Made by a program: the position numbers and the translations under genes. This document shows positions 43,366 to 53,223 of a stretch of 64,000 nucleotides of DNA, one piece after another. Every line of letters begins with the position of its first letter. The stretch's first letter is position 1. This DNA comes from an uncultured bacterium (lineage in GTDB: Bacteria; Patescibacteriota; Doudnabacteria; UBA920), in the NCBI GenBank assembly GCA_963749445.1, contig CAVVMJ010000010.1:43913-107912 (forward strand). The letters run 5' to 3'. The notes under the pieces were generated by a model. It had not been told where the DNA came from, did no database searches, and was given only the letters and a program-made list of their open reading frames with translations.

Positions 43366-43929
43366 ATGTCCAAATATAAACACTTAGCCCCCCAGACCAA
43401 AAGCTTTGTCATTCTGTTCGCCATCGCGGTGGTGGGCACATATTTGACGGTGATGGTCGCCGAACACCCGCTGGCGCCGGGACTAAACGGCTATCAACAA
43501 ATTTACTACCCCGCGCCACCGACCGGCTCCGTCCAGTCGGCGACCGACCGCTATTTGCCGAGCTTTAAACCCGTGGACACCTCCGCTTGGAAAACTTACC
43601 AGGACACGGCTTATGCCTTTAGCTTTAAATACGACCCGGCCTGGAAAATTTCGCCGGCCAAAAAACAAAACGGCTTTTACGTTTTGGAGATTGATCCCGG
43701 GGCAAAATTTTACAACATGAAAATTTACATCAGCGGCAGCGGTTATTACTACTCGCTGGACGGCCTGCCTGTTGTGGAAACCGACATCGGCAGCGCCAAG
43801 GCTTCTGACGTTTCCGACCTGCTTTACGCGATCAAAATGGGGCCGGATTATTACACTTTTGACAACGGTTTGTCCACGGCCATGATGGACGGTTTTAACG
43901 CAATGGTAAGAACCGTTAAATTTCAATAA
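43366..43929 (+). CDS. membrane-anchored extracytoplasmic protein (hypothetical)
   Basis: N-terminal TM FVILFAIAVVGTYLTVMV; Tyr-rich soluble domain. Confidence 0.4.
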   Translation: MSKYKHLAPQTKSFVILFAIAVVGTYLTVMVAEHPLAPGLNGYQQIYYPAPPTGSVQSATDRYLPSFKPVDTSAWKTYQDTAYAFSFKYDPAWKISPAKKQNGFYVLEIDPGAKFYNMKIYISGSGYYYSLDGLPVVETDIGSAKASDVSDLLYAIKMGPDYYTFDNGLSTAMMDGFNAMVRTVKFQ

Positions 43930-43997
43930 CTTTTTGTTTGCCCAAAAATCCCTGAAATGGGATTTTTTTCTTATTAACAAATCCTACAGGCCTTCCC

Positions 43998-44057
43998 ATC
44001 CCAGAATTTTTTTGTGCTGATGGTATTCATCGGCCACAAAAAAATATCCGGGATCCA
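43998..44057 (+). repeat. hairpin repeat family F2, copy 2
   Basis: CATCCCAGAATTTTTTTGTG ... CACAAAAAAATATCCGGGATCC. Confidence 0.8.
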
Positions 44058-44198
44058 AAAAGAAGCGCAACTGGATCCCGGCTCTCGGCGGCACTCGGCC
44101 GGGATGGCACAAGAAATACAAAACTTACCATCAATCATTGCCAACTTTTTTATTTTGCCCTATAATTTACGAAGAAATATCATTAATTAAAAGCAAAC

Positions 44199-46268
44199 AT
44201 GAACGAGAATACGTATTTGTACTACGCCTTGGCAGCCGGCATTTTGGCCCTTGCCTACGGCGTGTTTTTAATTTTTAGGATATTGGCCCAGCCGCAGGGC
44301 CAAGGCAAAATGGTGGAAATTTCGCGCGCCATCCAGGACGGTGCCAAGGCGTATTTGTCGCGGCAGTATAAAACTGTCGGCATTGTGGCGGTGGTGGTGA
44401 TTTTATTGATGTGGCTCGCGCGCTTTTCCGGACACACGATTGTTGGATTCATTTTAGGCGCGGTTCTTTCCGCTGTGGCGGGTTTTGTGGGCATGAACAT
44501 TTCCGTGCGCGCCAATGTGCGCACCACCGAAGCCGCCAAAAAAGGTTTGGGTTCGGCCTTGTCTTTGGCTTTCCAAGGCGGCTCGGTCACCGGTTTGTTC
44601 GTGGCGGGCTTAGGACTCTTGGCGGTTACCGGATTTTTGATGTTTGCCAGAACCGCTGCCGGACCCTGCATAAATTTGGGCGATGCCAACCAGTGCATTC
44701 CGACTCCGACTTTTGACCTGTCCGCGCTGGCGGGTTTGGCTTTTGGCGCGTCCCTGATATCGGTCTTTGCCCGTTTGGGGGGCGGCATTTTTACCAAGGG
44801 CGCTGACGTGGGCACGGATATGGTCGGCAAAGTTGAAGCCGGCATTCCGGAGGACGATCCGCGCAACCCGGGCGTGATTGCCGATAACGTGGGCGACAAC
44901 GTGGGCGACTGCGCGGGCATGGCCGCGGATTTGTTTGAAACTTACGTGGTTTCGTCCGTGGCCGTCATCTTGCTCGGCGCCGCGATTTTACCCGACTTTA
45001 CCAACGCGATTTTGTACCCGCTGATGATTGGCGCGGCTTCCATTGTCACCACGATTATCGGCACCTGGTTTGTGCGCTTGGGCAAATCCCAAAACATAAT
45101 GGGCGCGCTGTACAAAGGCCTGGCTGTTTCCGGAATTTTGTCTGCGATTGCTTTTTACCCGATTACTATGAAACTCATGGATGGCAATGGTTTGTATCCG
45201 ACGATGAATTTATTTTACTGCGCGCTAATTGGCTTAGCCGTCACCGCGGCCGTGGTGGTGATTACCGAATACTACACGTCCAAAAAATTCTCGCCGGTTA
45301 AAAATATTGCCGCCGCCTCCACCACGGGCCACGGCACCAATATTATCCAAGGGCTGGCCGTGGGCATGCAGTCCACGGCGCTGCCGGTTATTGTTATTGT
45401 CTGCGCTATCTTGTTATCGTTCCACCTGGCCGGTCTTTACGGTATTGCTTTGGCTGTGATGAGTATGCTATCGCTGACCGGAATAATTGTCGCGATTGAC
45501 GCTTTTGGCCCAATTACGGACAACGCCGGAGGAATTGCCGAAATGGCCGGGCTGGACAAATCCGTGCGCGACATCACCGACCCGCTGGATGCCGTCGGTA
45601 ACACCACCAAAGCCGTTACCAAGGGTTATGCCATTGCCTCAGCCGGTTTAGCCGCTATGGTGCTGTTTGCCGCCTACACGCAGGAATTAAGCGCACGCGG
45701 CATTTCGGCCGTGTTTGATCTGTCTGATAGTAAAGTATTAGTTGGCTTACTTATAGGCGGTTTGCTGCCTTATTTGTTCGCTTCCATTGCCATGTCAGCC
45801 GTGGGCAAGGCGGCCAAAGCCGTGGTGGAAGAGGTTCGTAGGCAGTTTAGGGAGATAAAAGGGATAATGTCAGGCGAGGCCAAACCGGATTATTCGCGCG
45901 CCGTGGATATTGTTACCAAAGCGGCGATGCGGCAAATGATTATTCCGGCTTTGATTCCGGTCGTGGTGCCGATTTTAGTTGGATGGTTGCTCGGCGCCGC
46001 GGCTTTGGGCGGGCTTTTGGTTGGCACGATTGTGACCGGATTGTTTGTTGGTATCTCGATGACAACTGGCGGCGCGGCCTGGGACAATGCCAAAAAATAT
46101 ATTGAAGAAGGCCACTTTGGCGGCAAAGGTTCGGAAGCGCACAAAGCTGCCGTCACCGGCGACACCGTCGGCGACCCCTACAAAGACACCGCCGGCCCGG
46201 CGATAAATCCGATGATTAAGATTATAAACATTGTCGCATTGTTGATGGTAAAATTTTTAAAGCCGTAA
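44199..46268 (+). CDS. hppA: membrane-bound proton/sodium-translocating pyrophosphatase
   Basis: [55 protein letters not shown] and about 16 TM helices. Confidence 0.95.
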   Translation: MNENTYLYYALAAGILALAYGVFLIFRILAQPQGQGKMVEISRAIQDGAKAYLSRQYKTVGIVAVVVILLMWLARFSGHTIVGFILGAVLSAVAGFVGMNISVRANVRTTEAAKKGLGSALSLAFQGGSVTGLFVAGLGLLAVTGFLMFARTAAGPCINLGDANQCIPTPTFDLSALAGLAFGASLISVFARLGGGIFTKGADVGTDMVGKVEAGIPEDDPRNPGVIADNVGDNVGDCAGMAADLFETYVVSSVAVILLGAAILPDFTNAILYPLMIGAASIVTTIIGTWFVRLGKSQNIMGALYKGLAVSGILSAIAFYPITMKLMDGNGLYPTMNLFYCALIGLAVTAAVVVITEYYTSKKFSPVKNIAAASTTGHGTNIIQGLAVGMQSTALPVIVIVCAILLSFHLAGLYGIALAVMSMLSLTGIIVAIDAFGPITDNAGGIAEMAGLDKSVRDITDPLDAVGNTTKAVTKGYAIASAGLAAMVLFAAYTQELSARGISAVFDLSDSKVLVGLLIGGLLPYLFASIAMSAVGKAAKAVVEEVRRQFREIKGIMSGEAKPDYSRAVDIVTKAAMRQMIIPALIPVVVPILVGWLLGAAALGGLLVGTIVTGLFVGISMTTGGAAWDNAKKYIEEGHFGGKGSEAHKAAVTGDTVGDPYKDTAGPAINPMIKIINIVALLMVKFLKP

Positions 46269-46294
46269 ATTATCCACAAATAATCCAAATTGTA

Positions 46295-46323
46295 GGGACA
46301 GGGTATTGCCCTGTCCCTTTTTG
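46295..46323 (+). terminator. rho-independent terminator after hppA
   Basis: GGGACAGGG-tatt-GCCCTGTCCC followed by TTTTT. Confidence 0.75.
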
Positions 46324-46440
46324 GTGCCCCCGGGATTTTTGGCGCTAGTGGCTATTACTAAAATAAGAACCCGGACACAACATTATTAGTAGTGCCCGGA
46401 TTCGTTGATCTTAAGCTTCCAAAGCCTGTCTTGCTTCCCG

Positions 46441-48054
46441 CTACTTTCTTACGGAATAGCTTTTCTCGGCCTCTTGGTAAACTCGAATGAAGAAATCCCT
46501 ACGGCCAGGCGAAGTCCCGAAGTGCAAGGTCTTACGAGCCGTCGACTCTAAGAAGTACCCTAGTGATTCGTCCCATCCCATATCCTGGATAACGAATTGC
46601 AGGCACTTAACTTCCCATTTGGGCAGGCGCAGATACGAAATGTCAACCGCGCCGACGCAATGGGTGGGGAACTGGGTGTGCGAGTTCGGATTCTTGGCCA
46701 ACAACTTCTGGTATTCCAAGCTCCGAACCAGGGCGGTAATTTCCAGGGCGACAAAATCCTTTTCGCCCTTGGGGTGCGTTGCTTCCCAGAATCGCCGCGT
46801 CTCGAACGCGACGTACTCCAGGGCGCCGATGTCATCGGGCGGATCCTGCAAAAACAGTTGTCGGTGTTCCGGATCTTTCTCCCCGATTGCCTCAGGGCCG
46901 TTCGTGCGCAAAGTGTAACTGAAGAACTCCGTCCACTCCGGCACGGTAACAAGTCGCTTGCCGCGCGCTTCCGCCAAGTCACTGTTAAGTTGGAACATGT
47001 CTTTCGGCATATTCCATACCCATAAGCGGTTAAGCGCTCGCTCGTTAGGGTTGATGGGGTTGGTGTAGTGGCTCGCCAGGGTCTTGTAGGCGTTCGGGTC
47101 GTGACGATACAGAGCGAGCAGTTCCTCGCCCTTCCGGACACAGAAATAGTATGTCGGGCCATAGTCCTTTTCCATATCCTTTCCGATTAACTCATACAAG
47201 TCCTTCCGCCACTCCGGTGTGTTGCCAAAAAACACCAACGGCACGGTCGCGTCTTCTATTCGGTACTTGCCGATGAGCTTACGGACTTGGCCGATGCGTC
47301 CCTCGCCGGAATGGTAAGCCCAAAGGGCAAAATCCACGCCGCCGTAGCGCCTGGCCATGTCAGCCAAGTACTTGGCCGCGGCCGGAACCGCTTTGCTCGG
47401 GTCTAAACGCTCATCTACCAGGACTTTGTACTTTTCCTTTCTCGCCGGAACGTCTTTGTAAACAGCCGGGTGCCCGGGACGCGCTTTTTTAACCAGCTTG
47501 CGTTGCGCCAGGACTTGCCGTAGACGGGTCTCGGAATACTGCCTAAGACCCATGAGCTTGGCGGTTGACTTGCTGATCTGAATTATGCCCGCAGGCCCGC
47601 TTGGGCTTTTTGCGTTAGGATCACACCCGCTTTCCACAAATGACAGTCCCTCCAAAAGCCCTTTGGGAAAACCCGCTTCCTTGGCGGCAGAGATAAACAG
47701 CGCCTGCAACGAGCTGTCATTGCAGGTCTGGGCCCATGCAACGGCCCGCGGATCCCGCAAGATGGAAAAAGCCTGCGATTGAATCAGATTCGAGGTCCGG
47801 AATTGCAAGACTGCCGGACTCATGCTTTGGCGGTCAAGGCCGATGCCGGGCAAACGATTAGTCGGTTGAAAATACTGCTGCCCGGCCGGGATCTTGACCA
47901 CCGGCGGCAAAGCGTCCGGCTTTTTGTGCGGCTTCTTTGTTGCAGTTGCACCTTTGGGTACCGGCCGTACTGCCTGTAATTGCCAAACCTCGCCAAACAG
48001 GGCCAATACGACCGCCAGTAACGATAGCGAATACGCTTTCTTCATTCTCATCAT
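46441..48054 (-). CDS. secreted lytic transglycosylase (SLT domain) family protein
   Basis: Signal peptide. SLT motif ESGCDPNAKSPSGPAGIIQI at about aa 140-160, plus TLASHYTNP (aa 326-334). Longer than typical SLT proteins. Confidence 0.55.
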   Translation of the reverse strand: MMRMKKAYSLSLLAVVLALFGEVWQLQAVRPVPKGATATKKPHKKPDALPPVVKIPAGQQYFQPTNRLPGIGLDRQSMSPAVLQFRTSNLIQSQAFSILRDPRAVAWAQTCNDSSLQALFISAAKEAGFPKGLLEGLSFVESGCDPNAKSPSGPAGIIQISKSTAKLMGLRQYSETRLRQVLAQRKLVKKARPGHPAVYKDVPARKEKYKVLVDERLDPSKAVPAAAKYLADMARRYGGVDFALWAYHSGEGRIGQVRKLIGKYRIEDATVPLVFFGNTPEWRKDLYELIGKDMEKDYGPTYYFCVRKGEELLALYRHDPNAYKTLASHYTNPINPNERALNRLWVWNMPKDMFQLNSDLAEARGKRLVTVPEWTEFFSYTLRTNGPEAIGEKDPEHRQLFLQDPPDDIGALEYVAFETRRFWEATHPKGEKDFVALEITALVRSLEYQKLLAKNPNSHTQFPTHCVGAVDISYLRLPKWEVKCLQFVIQDMGWDESLGYFLESTARKTLHFGTSPGRRDFFIRVYQEAEKSYSVRK

Positions 48055-48171
48055 CTGGCCCTCCTGGCCATTGTAAAATTGATTCCAAAGCTAATCTGGA
48101 ATCTTATTATTATTCTATATTTTCAGACTTTTGTCAAGCCTTATCTACCGCCAAACAAGATTCATTGACCT

Positions 48172-48732
48172 TCAAAGCCCATTTTTTGCTTCTAAAACGT
48201 TTAACTGTAATGATTTTTTTATCTCTTCCAGCGCTATTTGTTTGTTTTCTAAACTTTTAACCTCTGTCACTTTGTTTTTCTGTCGGCCCACTTCGCGGTA
48301 AAAGGCCGTGCATTTTTCCAAAAAGCCCGGCGGCAAATTATCAGCGTCAAGATATTTACCGGCAAGTTCGTCGTCCAGAGGCACAACAATAATTTTATCA
48401 TCCACTTCGCCGCGGTCAATGGTTTTTAACATACCGACCGCTTTGCACTTCACGAACTCGCCCATCTTAATCGGCGCGGATGACAAAACTATGGCGTCCA
48501 AAGGGTCACCGTCGCCGCCCAAAGTGTGCGGAATGAATCCGTAATTAAAAGGAAAAACCAAATCCTTAAATACAAAATCCAATTTTAAACTGTCTGAGGC
48601 TTCGTCGTACTCGTACTTTAAATTACTCCCTTGCGGAATTTCCACAATGACGTTAAAAGCCTCCAAACTGCCAAAAGGAATTTGTTCCAGATTAATTTTG
48701 TCATTTTTATTATTTTTACTCATTTTTGTCAT
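48172..48732 (-). CDS. ppa: soluble inorganic pyrophosphatase (family I)
   Basis: Core region FNVIVEIPQGSNLKYEYD...LDFVFKDLVFPFNYGFIPHTLGGDGDPLDAIVL. Confidence 0.85.
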   Translation of the reverse strand: MTKMSKNNKNDKINLEQIPFGSLEAFNVIVEIPQGSNLKYEYDEASDSLKLDFVFKDLVFPFNYGFIPHTLGGDGDPLDAIVLSSAPIKMGEFVKCKAVGMLKTIDRGEVDDKIIVVPLDDELAGKYLDADNLPPGFLEKCTAFYREVGRQKNKVTEVKSLENKQIALEEIKKSLQLNVLEAKNGL

Positions 48733-50138
48733 TACCCAATTATTCCGCCGCCAACGCACACTTTACCCTTATATAATACCAAACTCTGCCCCGAAGCGAC
48801 AGCTTTTTGGGGATCTTTAAAGGTTACGCGATAAAGGCCATTTTTAATTTTGTCGATAGTTAGCGGCACCAGTTGGCCCTGGTGGCGGTAGCGGCCAACT
48901 AGGGCTAAGGGTCTAGGGCTAAGAGCTAAGTCGCTTTTGCTTAGCCCTATAACCTTAGCGCTTAGCCCTGTTTGCCCAATCCAGTTCACGCTATAAATTT
49001 GTACTTCTTTCGTCATCAGATTTTCGTCATCCGGATTATTTGTAACGTACAACGCATTGCTCTTTAAATCTTTTCTTACCACATAATACGGCCCGCCGGC
49101 GCCAACATGAATTCCCTGCCGCTGGCCGATGGTATAGTTAAATAATCCCTGATGTTGGCCGATTATGTTTCCTGAAATTGCAAGTGCAGCCGACTTGTCC
49201 GCCGAAGCTTCAGCGAAGGTGGAAGCAATCCCGTCTTTTATGGGATTGCCACGTCGCCCCTCCGGTGCAGTCGGGGCTCCTCGCAATTTCAAATCAGAAG
49301 AAACAAGAACAATCGGACCCGGTTTTGGCTTTAACCTCTGTTCCAAAAAATCTTTTAATCTTATCTTGCCGACAAAGCACAGTCCCATACTCTCTTTTTT
49401 CTCGGCGTTGGGCAGATCGATTTTCCGCGCCAGCGCGCGCACCGCCGATTTTTTCATCCCGCCGATGGGAAACAACAAATGCGGCAGCTGGTGGGTTTTG
49501 ATGTTATAGATAAAGTAGGTCTGGTCTTTAAATTCGTCGATACTGCGCATAAGACCATACCTAACTCCAACCTCCTCCCCCGCCTGACGGCGGGTACTCC
49601 TCCTTAAAAAGGAGGAGAGCTCCGCGGAGCCGCCAAGAACATCTGCAGAGCCTCCCCTCCTGCCAAGGAGGGGCGTCTGCGAAGCAGACGGGGTGGTATG
49701 AATCTGCGCGTAATGGCCGGTGGCCAAATAATCAAATCCGTTTTGCATTGCCCAGTTATACAAAAGTTTGAACTTGATTTCCTTATTGCACATCACGTCC
49801 GGGTTGGGGGTGAGGCCTTTTTTGTATTGGTCAAAAAAATAACGCATCACGTTTTTTTGGTACTGTTTTTCAAAATCCAAAGTATGCAGCGGAATTCGCA
49901 AAAACGCGGCCACGCGCAGCGCGTCCTGGCGATCTATTAGCCACGGACATTCGTTTTTTAAAAGCCCGGCCGTGGAAGACCAATTCTTCATAAACGCGGC
50001 CTCAACTTCGTAGCCCTGCTTAATCAGCAAATACGCCGAAACCGCGGAATCAATCCCGCCTGACAGGGCGATTAAAACTTTTCGTTTCTTAACTCCCCCT
50101 CTTTTGAAAAGAGAGGGCTGGGGGAAGTTCTTTTTCAT
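48732..50138 (-). CDS. mnmA: tRNA-specific 2-thiouridylase MnmA carrying in-frame repeat-element insertions
   Basis: PP-loop LIALSGGIDSAV; KDQTYF; C-terminal domains. The F1 copy at 49566-49700 encodes a 46-aa insert. A TTAGCCCT repeat at 48901-48972 encodes ALSPRPLAL. A mini-hairpin sits at 50091-50130 near the N-terminus. Confidence 0.85.
   Translation of the reverse strand: MKKNFPQPSLFKRGGVKKRKVLIALSGGIDSAVSAYLLIKQGYEVEAAFMKNWSSTAGLLKNECPWLIDRQDALRVAAFLRIPLHTLDFEKQYQKNVMRYFFDQYKKGLTPNPDVMCNKEIKFKLLYNWAMQNGFDYLATGHYAQIHTTPSASQTPLLGRRGGSADVLGGSAELSSFLRRSTRRQAGEEVGVRYGLMRSIDEFKDQTYFIYNIKTHQLPHLLFPIGGMKKSAVRALARKIDLPNAEKKESMGLCFVGKIRLKDFLEQRLKPKPGPIVLVSSDLKLRGAPTAPEGRRGNPIKDGIASTFAEASADKSAALAISGNIIGQHQGLFNYTIGQRQGIHVGAGGPYYVVRKDLKSNALYVTNNPDDENLMTKEVQIYSVNWIGQTGLSAKVIGLSKSDLALSPRPLALVGRYRHQGQLVPLTIDKIKNGLYRVTFKDPQKAVASGQSLVLYKGKVCVGGGIIG
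49566..49700. repeat. palindromic repeat family F1, copy C, inside mnmA
   Basis: CCTCCTCCCCCGCC..GGGTACTCCTCCttaaaaaGGAGGAGAGCTCCGCGGAGC ... CTCCCCTCCtgccaaGGAGGGG..GACGGGGTGG. Confidence 0.85.
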
Positions 50139-50268
50139 CCCGCTGATTATAGCAAAATTAAACAGAAAAATCTATGTCTTATATAACGTGCGGCCGCACG
50201 TTATATAAGACTAATAAAAAAACCCACTGCCACACGGCGACGTATGGCAGTAGGAAAACCCAAGCTTT

Positions 50269-51009
50269 CTATCTGGTAAACTTTAACAATTCTTGATGAA
50301 CTTTGCCGTTGGTAATAAGCGCGCCGTTGACTTGCCTATCATACCGTTGTTCCCTGCCATAGCGGTCTGTGACCTTACCGCCGGCCTCTTCCACGATAAT
50401 TTCTAACGCCGCCACGTCGTGGGCATTTTTGCCGGGATAACAAGTCGCGTTCAGCTCCCCGCAGGCAACCATGACCCCTTCATAACAAATGCACCACAGG
50501 CAAATTGCCTGAACTTTTGGATAATAATATTTCGCAATTTTGGTCATTCCCCTGTTGCTCCAGCCGATGACCCCGCTTTTCATATTCAAATTATTAACGC
50601 GGATTTTTTTGCCGTTTAAAGTCGCGCCTTTGCCAAGCTCGGCAAAAAACATCCGGTCCATAATCGGATCGTACACAACGCCCAAAATCGGTTTGCCGTC
50701 TTTAACCAGGGCCAAAGAAAAAACAAAAGTCGGGATAGCATGGGAAAACGGCACCGTGCCGTCCACCGGATCGCAGACCCACAAATATTCACCATGGTTT
50801 GATCTGTAACTTTCTTCCTCCCCCAACACATCGTGGCCGGGAAAATTCTTTTTAACCGCTTCAATGACCATTTTGTTGACCGCAACATCCGTTTTGGTTA
50901 CCGGCGAACCGTCCGCCTTAAACTTCTTTTCCATCCCGGCTTTAAAATCCTTCCGGATAATCTCTCCGGCCTGCTTGGCGATTTTGATGGCAAATTTTTT
51001 GTAAGTCAT
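50269..51009 (-). CDS. inositol monophosphatase family protein (SuhB/CysQ-like)
   Basis: VLGEEE and WVCDPVDGT metal-binding motifs. Confidence 0.8.
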   Translation of the reverse strand: MTYKKFAIKIAKQAGEIIRKDFKAGMEKKFKADGSPVTKTDVAVNKMVIEAVKKNFPGHDVLGEEESYRSNHGEYLWVCDPVDGTVPFSHAIPTFVFSLALVKDGKPILGVVYDPIMDRMFFAELGKGATLNGKKIRVNNLNMKSGVIGWSNRGMTKIAKYYYPKVQAICLWCICYEGVMVACGELNATCYPGKNAHDVAALEIIVEEAGGKVTDRYGREQRYDRQVNGALITNGKVHQELLKFTR

Positions 51010-51059
51010 AAAATCATTGGTAAAAGAGATCCCGCTCGTTCAGGGTGACGCCCCTGGTG

Positions 51060-51788
51060 TCATTTGTTCACGTACTGCTGCGCCTGCTGGAGCAAGCCGT
51101 TTAAGTCAGAAGCCTGCAGCTCGTGGCCGTTAAAAAAATAACTCGGCGTGCCCTGCAAATTTAAACCCAGCGCCTGGTTGTTGTCGTTCTCTATGGCGGG
51201 CAGGTATTTTTTCCCGGTTACGTCATTTTTAAATTGATTGATGTCGGAAACGCCGACGGTTTGGGCGTACTGGGCAAAGGTGTCCAGCGGATCGCCTAGA
51301 CCTTCCCAATCGGATTGTTTTTGGAAAAGGATGTCGTGCATTTCCCAATATTTTCCCTGCGCTCCGGCGGCTTCCGCGGCCATGGCCGATTCCACCGAAT
51401 TGGCGTGGATTTGCACCAGCGGAAAATAACGGAACACGAACACGGTGTCGGGAAATTTGTCCGGCACCTGCTTAAGCTCGACGCTGGCCGCGGCGCAGGA
51501 TGGGCACTGAAAATCAGCGTACTCGATTAGGACATTTTTGGCCTTGGCGTTGCCCAAATAATGATCCGCGGCCGGGTCAAAAGCCGGCACAGCCGAAAGC
51601 GGTTTGGCGCCGGAAGTGTCCAAGCTGGCGTTGTAAGAAGACGTGTTCCCCGTGCCGGTTTGCGTATTCGGCGAAATCTTGAGCAGGTAATATCCAAAAC
51701 CCAAAATCACCACCAAAATGATTATAATCGTAATAATTTTTTTTGCGCCCGATGACGATCCGCCGTCGGCGGGATTAAAATTTGCCAT
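51060..51788 (-). CDS. membrane-anchored DsbA-like thiol:disulfide oxidoreductase
   Basis: N-terminal TM; thioredoxin-fold CPSC active site in LIEYADFQCPSCAA. Confidence 0.75.
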   Translation of the reverse strand: MANFNPADGGSSSGAKKIITIIIILVVILGFGYYLLKISPNTQTGTGNTSSYNASLDTSGAKPLSAVPAFDPAADHYLGNAKAKNVLIEYADFQCPSCAAASVELKQVPDKFPDTVFVFRYFPLVQIHANSVESAMAAEAAGAQGKYWEMHDILFQKQSDWEGLGDPLDTFAQYAQTVGVSDINQFKNDVTGKKYLPAIENDNNQALGLNLQGTPSYFFNGHELQASDLNGLLQQAQQYVNK

Positions 51789-51818
51789 ATCTTGATGTTA
51801 GTTGTTAATCGTAAATTG

Positions 51819-52784
51819 TTAATTGTTTCCGCCAAAGGCGGATCCGCCTCCGGCGGAAATTGTGGATACCGCCGTGCTCGTGCCCAAAACTGTCTGACCC
51901 GAATTCAGCCACGCCAGGGCTTTGGCCTCTTGCGCCAGGCCGGCCAGAAGTTTAGTTTCCGCAAACGCCGTGTACAAATGCTGTTCGCCCAAAACCACAA
52001 TGGCCAGTTCCTGGCCGCCGGAGTAAACCAGCGAAGCAAAATTGTAACCGGATTGATCAAGGTAGCCGGTTTTGGCGCCGATGATCTGAACATCGCCGTC
52101 CGACAGCAGCTTGTCAGTATTCTTAATAGTCTGATTATAGCGGGGATTGTTGGTGGAGCGCAACGCGTAAGATTGCAGCACCGCAATGTTGGCCAAATAA
52201 GAATTTTCAAACGCGGCTTTGACAATAGCGGCGTAATCGGCCGCGGTAATGGTGTTGCCGGGATCCATACCCGTGGGTTCGTTAAAATGGGTTTGCGTGG
52301 CTCCCAAAACAGCCGCTTTTTCGTTCATGCGCGCTGCAAATTCTTCGGCAGACAAACCGGTGCTGCGTGCCAAAGCCGCGGCCGCGTTATTGGCCGAAGG
52401 CATCAACGCGGCGTGGAATAAGCCGTCCACCGTAAATTTGACGCCGGGCTTAACTTTAATACAAGCGCCGCCGCTGCTGCATCCGCCCGCGACTTGGTCG
52501 GCTGCGGTCATGGCCACGGTTTTTTTAAGGTTCGGGTTGGTATCCAAAACCACTAAAGCCGTGACCAGCTTGGTCAGACTGGCCGGCACCCAAGGTTCGC
52601 CGGAATTTTTGTTGACCAACACCTGGCCGCTTTGCGCGTCAACCACCACGTAACTCTGCGCGTTAAACCCGGCCATGTCCGCCAGCTCGTTAATGCTGGT
52701 CGGCAGCTGCAAGGCCAAGGTGAAAGTTGGAAACGTTAACAGTAAAACCGCAACTCCTGCAATTATTTTCGTTTTTTTGATCAT
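51819..52784 (-). CDS. D-alanyl-D-alanine carboxypeptidase (S11, PBP5-like)
   Basis: Signal peptide; SLTK (SxxK), SAN (SxN) and KTG motifs in order. Confidence 0.8.
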   Translation of the reverse strand: MIKKTKIIAGVAVLLLTFPTFTLALQLPTSINELADMAGFNAQSYVVVDAQSGQVLVNKNSGEPWVPASLTKLVTALVVLDTNPNLKKTVAMTAADQVAGGCSSGGACIKVKPGVKFTVDGLFHAALMPSANNAAAALARSTGLSAEEFAARMNEKAAVLGATQTHFNEPTGMDPGNTITAADYAAIVKAAFENSYLANIAVLQSYALRSTNNPRYNQTIKNTDKLLSDGDVQIIGAKTGYLDQSGYNFASLVYSGGQELAIVVLGEQHLYTAFAETKLLAGLAQEAKALAWLNSGQTVLGTSTAVSTISAGGGSAFGGNN

Positions 52785-52851
52785 TATTTTGTATTAAGAA
52801 GTACGGCAACTTTCTCCCTTAACTCTTAACTCCTAATTCTTAACTCTTGTC

Positions 52852-53154
52852 TTACTCTTTCATCATATTGCCGAACTTGCTTTGCAGCATTTTTTTATGA
52901 TGCTTAAACAAATCCTCCAGGGCCGAGCGAATGTGCCGCGCGATTTCGCTTTTGTCGCCGGCAATGTCCGGGCTGACTTCCACGCTTTTAACGTTTTGGT
53001 TGCCGTCAATGATTAAAACGATTTTGCCGCCGGACGATTTGCCGCTCACGGTTTCCACTGCCAACAGGCTTTCCATCTGCTTGGCCTGCTTGCGCATTTC
53101 GTTAATATCCTTTAACTTGTCAAAAATTCCCATAAAATAATTTTTTAATGACAA
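52852..53154 (-). CDS. ybaB: nucleoid-associated protein YbaB/EbfC
   Basis: 100 aa; central SSGGKIVLIIDGNQNVKSVEVSP pattern. Confidence 0.8.
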   Translation of the reverse strand: MSLKNYFMGIFDKLKDINEMRKQAKQMESLLAVETVSGKSSGGKIVLIIDGNQNVKSVEVSPDIAGDKSEIARHIRSALEDLFKHHKKMLQSKFGNMMKE

Positions 53155-53223
53155 TTCATTTCATTATAGCAAAATTTTGGGATAAATAAAATAGCCGTCC
53201 GCTTGCAGCAGATACGGCGACTA

